Assembly: GCA_944391005.1 (NCBI GenBank)
Contig: CALXSB010000118.1
Span: 1-46,191, forward strand
Direction: 5' to 3'
DNA: 46,191 nucleotides
Source of the DNA: an uncultured Rickettsiales bacterium
GTDB lineage: Bacteria > Pseudomonadota > Alphaproteobacteria > Rickettsiales > UBA1997
Each line of letters starts with the position of its first letter. Position 1 is the stretch's first letter. Below are positions 36,956 to 46,191 of the stretch, piece by piece. The position numbers were made by a program, and so were the translations under genes. The notes under the pieces are model-generated. The model had not been told where the DNA came from. It saw only the letters and a program-made list of their open reading frames with translations, and ran no database searches.

Positions 36956-37269
36956 TTTTATTATTTTAATTTATTTTTAAAATAAAACACATACAGTGCG
37001 GTGGGGTCAGGTCGCTATTTAGAGACCCGATATGGTGGTAATGAATAAAGTTTTAAAATTAACCATAATATTTTCTAATTTATTCACATATAATATAATA
37101 ATAAATATTTTTTAAAATGCAATAATATATTTTATAATTTTAGATTATATTAATTAAGTATCAAAATTTGTTATTATTTTTTTAGATTTTTTTATATAAT
37201 TTATATAAAACATTATTAAAAGCTTATTTTTCAATATAAGAAATTTTTTAATTTTTTTTAATTTTTTTC

Positions 37270-37298
37270 TTGACTATTAAAATTTTACGTTTTATAAT
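37270..37298 (+). promoter_or_regulatory. rRNA promoter P1
   Basis: TTGACT (37270-37275), exact 17-nt spacer, perfect TATAAT (37293-37298). An A/T-tract UP-like region lies upstream. Confidence 0.6.
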
Positions 37299-37386
37299 AG
37301 ATGAGGTGAGATTCGGAAAATCTTTTAAGTTGTTTTAAGAATTTATATTTTTTTTGAAAAATTTTTAAAAAAAATTAAAAAATTTC

Positions 37387-37415
37387 TTGACTTTTATTTT
37401 TTTCTGTTTTATAAT
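37387..37415 (+). promoter_or_regulatory. rRNA promoter P2
   Basis: TTGACT (37387-37392), exact 17-nt spacer, perfect TATAAT (37410-37415). Its context duplicates P1 (aaaaatttCTTGACT versus tttttttCTTGACT). Confidence 0.6.
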
Positions 37416-37443
37416 AAATCTCGCATGTTGTTTTTTATTGTGA

Positions 37444-37459
37444 ATTAATATTAGTACAA
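37444..37459 (+). repeat. 5' arm of the long-range 23S processing helix
   Basis: attaatattagtacaa is the perfect reverse complement of ttgtactaatattaat at 40394-40409, bracketing the 23S gene. Confidence 0.7.
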
Positions 37460-37577
37460 AGTATTAAAAAGAGTTCAGAATTATTTGTAATTTAATATTG
37501 GTTTTTACTGATTTTAAACGAAAGATAATTAAGTTATAGATTTAATTCTATATATAGTTAATTTACTTTGTATACTC

Positions 37578-40326
<2,749 letters not shown>

Positions 40327-40393
40327 ATAAAAGTATATAAAGTAACACTATATATAGTGTTAAGTCTATAATATAAGTGAACAAGGGTATATA

Positions 40394-40409
40394 TTGTACT
40401 AATATTAAT
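40394..40409 (+). repeat. 3' arm of the long-range 23S processing helix
   Basis: Perfect 16-nt complement of 37444-37459. A second, inner complement links tctaaaaaagc (37576-37586) with gcttttttaga (40317-40327). Confidence 0.7.
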
Positions 40410-40438
40410 AGTTATTTATTGATAACCGTCTTTAAATA

Positions 40439-40554
40439 GCTTGGTAATTATAATGATGTGGAACCACTCGATACATTCCGAACTCGCCAGTGAAACGCAA
40501 ACCATGCCGATTGTACTATGGTCTCTACCATGGGAGATTAGGTCATTGCCAAGC
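40439..40554 (+). rRNA. rrf: 5S ribosomal RNA
   Basis: Helix I gcttggtaa/ttgccaagc. Conserved ccgaactc...agtgaaacg and a gtactatgg...ccatgggaga core. About 116 nt. Confidence 0.9.
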
Positions 40555-40556
40555 TT

Positions 40557-40578
40557 TTTAAGGACGGTTTTTTGTTTT
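40557..40578 (+). terminator. 5S-flanking helix arm plus U-tract (processing stem and probable operon terminator)
   Basis: tttaaggacggtt (40557-40569) pairs with aaccgtctttaaa (40424-40436) over 13 bp with one G-U pair. The tract ttttttgtttt follows. Confidence 0.45.
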
Positions 40579-40663
40579 AAATATTGTCTTTTTAATTTTT
40601 CTCTTGAATAAATTTTATTTTAATTTTATTTTATATTATATACAGTAAATTTTTGTTATTGTA

Positions 40664-40954
40664 ATGGAAAATTTTAAAACTGCTGGTAGTGAACAAAATT
40701 TGAAAAATTATTTCAATAGAATATTTTTTGATGGAAAAGCAGATATAGAACAAAACAAAATAGATTTTGTTGCGAATAATATAACTTTTGAAAGTAAATA
40801 CAATGATCCAAAAACTTCCTTATTGGAAATGTACGTGCAGTTGATAGCAACTCATAAAAAACACAATATACCTTTTAAAAAGTATATAGGGGTTTTAATG
40901 AAAATGAAATATCCTTTATGGAATAAAAAGTTGTTAAAAATAGAATTGACCTGA
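40664..40954 (+). pseudogene. Detached N-terminal fragment (PD-(D/E)xK-like) of the downstream methyltransferase gene
   Basis: 96-codon ORF containing D34-x8-E43-S-K45 (KIDFVANNITFESK). The frame of the downstream ORF is open back to 40927. A single 1-nt indel between 40927 and 40951 (A5 run at 40936-40940) would therefore fuse the two ORFs. Confidence 0.5.
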
Positions 40955-41061
40955 TAAATGATATAGATTGGAAAAACCTAACACCATCCAAAATTAAAAG
41001 TGATGAAAATATAAAAAGAAAAATAATAGAGCAAATTCCAAATGAGGATAAACATTTTGAT

Positions 41062-42633
41062 TTGACGGTAAATAATATACAGACAATTAAAAATTATATC
41101 ACTAAAATTGAATCAAATAAACAGTTAGAATTAAAAGAAGAAATTAGCGAGGACGAGCTTAAAAAAACTATAAACAATCTAAATGAGAGATTGCATAAAA
41201 TAAAAACACTTAAAGATACAGATAGAAGTTTATTTTTTAGTGCTATAATGATAGCTATAAGAGAAAAATCACCAATATATGAGGTTGAAAAGCAAATATC
41301 AATTTATGAAGAAAGACTTGCAGATACTCCAAGAGAGGAAAGAAAAGTAAAAAGTGCAGAATTTAACAGAGAAGCTATATATGCTATTTCTAATTCAATC
41401 ATTGATATAGTGGACAAATTGATAAAAAGTAAAATAAATACAGAATCAAAACAAAAATGGAAAGATCAGTTTGTGTTTATTAGAAATATAAATATAGATC
41501 TATATAAATATAAAGAAATTATATACCTGATAAGTGAGAAGATTTACAAAACATTTAAAGCAGGACAAAAACGGGATATTCTTGGCAAGGCGTATAAAAT
41601 ATTCTTATCAAGAGCTGGAAAGGTTGATAACAAGAATATAATTTTAACGCCAGATCATATAAAACATCTTATGGTTGAGCTAGCCGATTTAAATATGGAT
41701 GACGTTGTCTTGGATACCTGTATGGGAACTGGCGGCTTTTTAATGGAAGCTATGGAAAAAATGGAATCCTTTGATGGCGTTAATGAAACTAAAAAAGAAA
41801 TTATACATAACCAGCAATTAATAGGAAGTGAGATTGATACAAAGTTATTTGTGTTGGCTTGCAGCAATATGTTTTTGCATGGTGATGGCAGAAGCCAATT
41901 GTACGATAAGGATACTCTAAATGATGATGTGACCTTTAAAAATGGCGAAGGATTTTTTAGCTATATAAAATCCCTAAAACCAACAAAATGTATAATAAAT
42001 CCGCCATATGAAGGGAATAATTGTTTTGATTTCACTAAACAGGCATTAGAATTTTTAGATATCGGTGGAAAGCTGATAACTATTATCAAAGAAAATACAT
42101 TTCAAAAAATAAATAAAAATATAGAGGATCTGTTAAAGAGTAATACTCTAGATTTTTATATCAAAATGCCAAATAATCTATTTAGCGAGCAAAACAGATC
42201 TGTGGCTACTGCTATTTTTGGCTGGACGAAGGGCATTCCGCATAATCATAACAAATATGTAAAATTTTATAATTTAAGCGATGATGGTTTTGAAAATATA
42301 CCACATAATGGTAGAATAGATACAAAAAATATCTGGAGAGATAAAGAAAAAGAAATTATAGAATATATATTGTATGATAAGGATATAAATGAGAAAAATA
42401 CGGCATATAAAGAGAAGATTTTTGATTGTGATAATCTATTGCCGATATATCATCACTTTGTAGAAGATATAGAACCAGTTTATATGGAAGATTTTGAGGA
42501 TACAATTTTTGATTATTTTGTATACAAACAGGATCTTGTGGGGGGGGGGCAGCTTAGTAAACTCATTAAAGAGATTGATAATAGAGCTATCAAAAGATTT
42601 ATAATTAAGGAGATGAAAAATGGAAAAAATTAA
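41062..42633 (+). CDS. Gamma-class N6-adenine DNA methyltransferase module (HsdM / BcgI-A-like)
   Basis: Motif I VLDTCMGTGGFLMEA lies upstream of motif IV IINPPYEG. There is no ATG near the 5' end: the ORF-track start is TTG and the first internal Met is at about aa 62. This is consistent with a 5'-truncated fusion gene. Confidence 0.8.
   Translation: MTVNNIQTIKNYITKIESNKQLELKEEISEDELKKTINNLNERLHKIKTLKDTDRSLFFSAIMIAIREKSPIYEVEKQISIYEERLADTPREERKVKSAEFNREAIYAISNSIIDIVDKLIKSKINTESKQKWKDQFVFIRNINIDLYKYKEIIYLISEKIYKTFKAGQKRDILGKAYKIFLSRAGKVDNKNIILTPDHIKHLMVELADLNMDDVVLDTCMGTGGFLMEAMEKMESFDGVNETKKEIIHNQQLIGSEIDTKLFVLACSNMFLHGDGRSQLYDKDTLNDDVTFKNGEGFFSYIKSLKPTKCIINPPYEGNNCFDFTKQALEFLDIGGKLITIIKENTFQKINKNIEDLLKSNTLDFYIKMPNNLFSEQNRSVATAIFGWTKGIPHNHNKYVKFYNLSDDGFENIPHNGRIDTKNIWRDKEKEIIEYILYDKDINEKNTAYKEKIFDCDNLLPIYHHFVEDIEPVYMEDFEDTIFDYFVYKQDLVGGGQLSKLIKEIDNRAIKRFIIKEMKNGKN
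42540..42549 (+). repeat. G10 homopolymer inside the methyltransferase gene
   Basis: Direct reading: cttgtGGGGGGGGGGcagc, encoding V-G-G-G-Q, about 85 nt before the stop and 70 nt before the overlapping S-gene start. Confidence 0.95.
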
Positions 42634-43174
42634 ATTAATTATAAATAGAATTAAAAGTAATACAAAAACTGAATTACCAAGAGATGTTGAATGGAAAGGA
42701 TTTAGATTGAATGAGATTTTTGAGATAAAAAATGCAAAAAATATAAATTCAACAAAAATAAAATATTCAAATGATAAAAATGACATTCCTCACATATCTA
42801 GACAAACAGAAAATAATGCTATAAAAGGATATGTATCCGATTTTCCTAAGGAAAAAGTGAATTTTGGAAAATGTTTGTGTATTGATATGTTTTTGAACAC
42901 AACTTGGCAAGATAGAGATTTTTTGGCGGTTGATCATATTTTGGTTGCTAGGAATAAAAATTTAAATAAAAATATTGCTTTATTTTGCAAAACTATCATA
43001 GAAAAACATAAATATAAATTTTCATATAGTAATATTTTTTGTGAAGAACGAAGTAATTTTACAATTTTTCTTCCATCAAAAAATAATGAGCCAGACTGGG
43101 AATATATGGATAAATTTATTGAAAGCACACGAAAGGCTATGAGACTTGATTTTTCTATATACACAGTAGAATGA
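42620..43174 (+). CDS. Half-size HsdS-like specificity subunit (single target-recognition domain)
   Basis: Overlaps the methylase stop by 14 nt. HsdS-like EWKGFRLNEIFEIKNAKN start, then a TRD, then the conserved-region tail LPSKNNEPDWEYMDKFIESTRKAM. Confidence 0.75.
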   Translation: MEKIKLIINRIKSNTKTELPRDVEWKGFRLNEIFEIKNAKNINSTKIKYSNDKNDIPHISRQTENNAIKGYVSDFPKEKVNFGKCLCIDMFLNTTWQDRDFLAVDHILVARNKNLNKNIALFCKTIIEKHKYKFSYSNIFCEERSNFTIFLPSKNNEPDWEYMDKFIESTRKAMRLDFSIYTVE

Positions 43175-43713
43175 GGCTTATAAACAAAATTAAAGATAAT
43201 TTAAAGATTAAATTATTAGATATTATAGAATGGAGAGAATTTTCCCTTAATGAAATTTTTTATATATCTGGCAGTAAAACAACTTTAAAGCAAAAGTTAG
43301 AAGAAATTGGAAATGAGGCTATTCATATGCAACCACACAGGCAAATAATAATTGATGTTTTGATTATTATAATATTTTTGGACTCAATTTGGTAATTGTC
43401 TGACTATTGATAGCGCTGTTCTTGATGCTTGTTTTTATCAAGAGAAGAATTTTACAGCTAGTGATCATACAGAAATTTTAAGATCAAAATATGAAAAATT
43501 TAATAAAAATATTGGGCTTTTTATAAAAACTATAATTTTAAAGACTATAAAAACAAATACAATTATACAAATAAATTTAATCAAACTAAAATTAAAAATA
43601 CAAAAATTTATCTTTCATCAAAAAATAATGAACAAGATTGGGACTATATTGACAAGTTTATTCAAAATATAAGAAATACTTTAAATATAAGAAATACTTT
43701 AAAAGTAATATAA
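43171..43713 (+). pseudogene. Second HsdS-like half-subunit, disrupted by several frameshifts
   Basis: ATGA overlap with the first half. It is paralogous (EWREFSLNEIFYISGSK; FNKNIGLFIKTII; LSSKNNEQDWDYIDKFIQNIRNTL). These pieces lie in at least four different frames, with shifts near 43320, 43360, 43390 and 43545. Confidence 0.65.
43666..43701 (+). repeat. Perfect 18-bp tandem duplication at the 3' end of the HsdS-like pseudogene
   Basis: aatataagaaatacttta at 43666-43683 is repeated exactly at 43684-43701 (encodes NIRNTL twice). Confidence 0.9.
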
Positions 43714-43876
43714 AATGTTTTGTTCTATTGTATGAACCAAAATGATATTGTTTAATGCGTAATTTATTAATATTCCGCTACTAGAATATAATTTTTCTAT
43801 TATAATTATCTCTTGATTGTTATAAAATAAAATTTAAATTATATGTAATAATCAGTCAAATATCTAATTAAAGTTT

Positions 43877-44413
43877 ATGAATAATATATATTGTGTTTTT
43901 TTAAAACAAGTCTATTTTTGCAAAAAATTTATAAAAATGGATGATTTAAAAAAATTTTTTGAAAATGTTGGTTTTGATAATGTAAAAACTGTATTCACGA
44001 GTGGAAATATTATTATAAATTCTGATAAGGATGAAGAATATTTAAAAAATAAGATTTCTGATGAACTTGCTAAATATTATTTTTATGATATTGATGTGTT
44101 TGTTATGGATTTAAATTCTATTGAAAAAATTATAAATAATAATCCATTTGAATTGGAGAAAGGCTATTATAATCAAGTTTTTTTATGTAATAAGGATTTT
44201 GAAAAAATTCTATTTGAAGAATTCTCTAAGGTTAATTTATGTGAAAAAGAAAAATTTGGTATGGTTGATGGAGTGCTGTATTGGAAATATAAGAGGGATA
44301 AGGGAGTTTTTAGCAATATTCTTAAACTTTTATCCAGAAATTCGTTAAAACATGGTTTTACGCTTAGAACTATTGGAACTTTAAATATGATTGTTAATAA
44401 AAATATTATATAA
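43877..44413 (+). CDS. DUF1697-family protein
   Basis: Layout IKMDDLKKFFENVGFDNVKTVFTSGNIII, then DIDVFVMDLNSIEKIINNNPF, then TLRTIGTLNMI, matches the DUF1697 pattern MAxLR..LGF..V.TYIQSGNVVF...NPF...T.RNW.T. The usual N-terminal GINVGG is not conserved. Confidence 0.6.
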   Translation: MNNIYCVFLKQVYFCKKFIKMDDLKKFFENVGFDNVKTVFTSGNIIINSDKDEEYLKNKISDELAKYYFYDIDVFVMDLNSIEKIINNNPFELEKGYYNQVFLCNKDFEKILFEEFSKVNLCEKEKFGMVDGVLYWKYKRDKGVFSNILKLLSRNSLKHGFTLRTIGTLNMIVNKNII

Positions 44414-44452
44414 TATTTATTTTATATATTTTGAGTTTTACATTAAAAAATC

Positions 44453-44481
44453 TTGAAATATATAAAATACTTATTTAAGAT
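44453..44481 (+). promoter_or_regulatory. Candidate sigma70 promoter for pyk
   Basis: TTGAAA (44453-44458), 17-nt spacer, TAAGAT (44476-44481), about 37 nt before the ATG. Confidence 0.3.
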
Positions 44482-44517
44482 TAAAGTATTATTATTAAAC
44501 TAATAAAAGTAATCAAA

Positions 44518-45912
44518 ATGAAAAGAACTAAAATTGTTGCTACTATAGGACCTAAATCTGAAAGTCCTGAGATTTTGAAAAAATTGTCAGAAGTTGGGGT
44601 AAATGTTTATAGATTGAACTTTTCTCATGGTGACTATCAAGAACATGGGGCAAGAATAGACAATATAAGAAAGATGAACTTGCCGGGTGGTATATTGTTG
44701 GATACTAAAGGACCAGAAATTAGAACTGGAGAAGTTAGAGGTGAATTGCCACTTAAACCTGGCGATAAATTGGTATTTACAATTGATAAGGGTGTTTATG
44801 AAGATACTGGCAAGGTATCCGTTAATTATCCGGAATTTATAAAAGATGTAAAAGTTGGAACAATAATTGTTATTGATAGCGGTGTTATTAAGGCACAAGT
44901 TAAGGAAATAAAAGGTAATGATGTTATATGTGAGATAGTTAGTGGAACTGGAAAAATTACCACAAAAAGACATATTAATTTGATGGGTGAACATGTATCA
45001 TTACCAACTGTTACAGAAAATGATTGGAAAGATATAGATTTCGGTATAGAGAAAAAAGTTGATTTTATAGCTTTGTCATTTGTTAGAACAGCTAAGGATA
45101 TTGAAGAAGTTAGAAATTATTGTGTAAAGAAAGGTCATGTGCCTCACATTATTGCAAAAATTGAAAATAATGAAGCTGTTGAGAATTTGGAAGAGATAGT
45201 TGAAGCTTCTGATGGTATTATGGTTGCTAGAGGAGATTTAGCTTGCGAAATTCCTTTTTCAAGAGTTCCTCAAATTCAAAAAGATATTATGGATTTATGC
45301 GATATATATGCTAAACCTGTTATTGTTGCAACTCAAATGTTATTATCAATGGTTGATAATATAACTCCTACAAGAGCTGAAGTATCCGATGTTGCTAATG
45401 CAGTTTATGAGGGGACTGATGCTGTTATGACTTCTGATGAAACAACTAAAGGAACTGATCCTGTTAATGTAATTGAAACTATGGCTGAAATAGTATCTGT
45501 TAACGAAGAAGATTCTATTGCTGAGACATCTGAAGATACTACTGATGACGATACAATTAAATATGAGTTAGCTAAATCTGCTATTAGATTTATTGATTAT
45601 GTTGAAGGTGTAGATGCAATAGTTGTAATCACTAAATCTGGAAAAATGGCACAACAGCTTTCAAATGAAAGACCTGAATATCCAATTTTCGCATTTACAG
45701 ATAATGATTTAGCTTGTAATACAATGTCTCTTTTGTGGGATGTTTTCCCTTCAAAAATTGTTTTTGATACGAATGATTACGAGAAGACTGTTCAAAATGC
45801 TGTAAATATAATAAAATCAAACAAAGATTATAAAGTTAGAAAATATATATTGGTTTCTTATTATAAAGTTAACGGAAAAGAATATCCTTTAATTACAGTA
45901 AGAGATATATAA
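44518..45912 (+). CDS. pyk: Pyruvate kinase
   Basis: MKRTKIVATIGP, NFSHGDYQEHG, LDTKGPEIRTG, MVARGDLACEIP, ATQMLLSM. Confidence 0.95.
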   Translation: MKRTKIVATIGPKSESPEILKKLSEVGVNVYRLNFSHGDYQEHGARIDNIRKMNLPGGILLDTKGPEIRTGEVRGELPLKPGDKLVFTIDKGVYEDTGKVSVNYPEFIKDVKVGTIIVIDSGVIKAQVKEIKGNDVICEIVSGTGKITTKRHINLMGEHVSLPTVTENDWKDIDFGIEKKVDFIALSFVRTAKDIEEVRNYCVKKGHVPHIIAKIENNEAVENLEEIVEASDGIMVARGDLACEIPFSRVPQIQKDIMDLCDIYAKPVIVATQMLLSMVDNITPTRAEVSDVANAVYEGTDAVMTSDETTKGTDPVNVIETMAEIVSVNEEDSIAETSEDTTDDDTIKYELAKSAIRFIDYVEGVDAIVVITKSGKMAQQLSNERPEYPIFAFTDNDLACNTMSLLWDVFPSKIVFDTNDYEKTVQNAVNIIKSNKDYKVRKYILVSYYKVNGKEYPLITVRDI

Positions 45913-45931
45913 TTTAATTAATACTAAAATT

Positions 45932-45956
45932 AACCCATCAGTTTAAGTGGTGGGTT
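45932..45956 (+). terminator. Intrinsic terminator after pyk
   Basis: 8-bp stem, aacccatc with ggtgggtt (one G-U pair), and a 9-nt loop. The sequence agTTTT follows. Confidence 0.55.
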
Positions 45957-46191
45957 AGTTTTCGTATTATCGTATCTATCCATATATGAATTGCCACACC
46001 CAACATTTCAAAGCTGTCAAGTAGTCTCTCTTCTATCTCCATTCTCACTGTGAAGGTTGTATATATATATTTCTCTATTATACCTATGAAGGGGATTATC
46101 TCAATCACAATATAGAAACCTAATCTTTGTCATCTGTGAAGGATACTCATATATATAACTCTGTAAAAGTCTCACAATATACAATACATAT

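Noticed and set aside
36956-37577. A 16S rRNA gene, spacer tRNAs, or a T-box leader upstream of the 23S / thrS
   Set aside because: There is no GC-rich cloverleaf-capable segment or 16S-like sequence in the spacer. The short ATGGTGGTAAT resemblance to the T-box motif is on the wrong strand for thrS and lacks the rest of the element.
40579-44413. An HsdR-type helicase-nuclease subunit that would make the methylase/S locus a classical type I system
   Set aside because: No large ORF with helicase motifs is present on either strand between the 5S gene and pyk. The flanking genes are the rRNA unit and a DUF1697 gene.

Overview
This is a strongly AT-rich, tightly packed window that uses the standard genetic code (Trp is TGG, and TGA is used as a stop). 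It looks like a reduced, host-associated alphaproteobacterial (Rickettsiales-like) chromosome; that placement is inference from gene order only. The left third holds envelope and housekeeping genes: mlaC-mlaA, aroK, tsaB, dgkA, an AsmA-family gene, murG, yraN, parB, a CYTH protein, psd-pssA, an ABC ATPase, mnmE and tyrS. In the middle, a LysR-type regulator converges on a 307-aa ORF that I read as a tRNA-dependent cyclodipeptide synthase. This is followed by pccB, dnaX and a partial type IV secretion island, virB3-virB4-virB6-virB6. The second VirB6 is 1850 aa and carries glycine-rich ALK/LTK-like modules in its predicted periplasmic loop. The right third holds rsmA, a frameshifted ASCH gene, thrS, and a 23S-5S rRNA unit with its own tandem consensus promoters and no 16S or spacer tRNAs. 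It also holds a decaying BcgI-like R-M locus (nuclease-methylase fusion plus split HsdS-like genes) with a G10 tract, a DUF1697 gene, pyruvate kinase, and a compositionally odd non-coding tail. I recognised no tRNA, CRISPR array, transposase or integrase. All family assignments come from motif recognition by eye and need HMM or BLAST confirmation.
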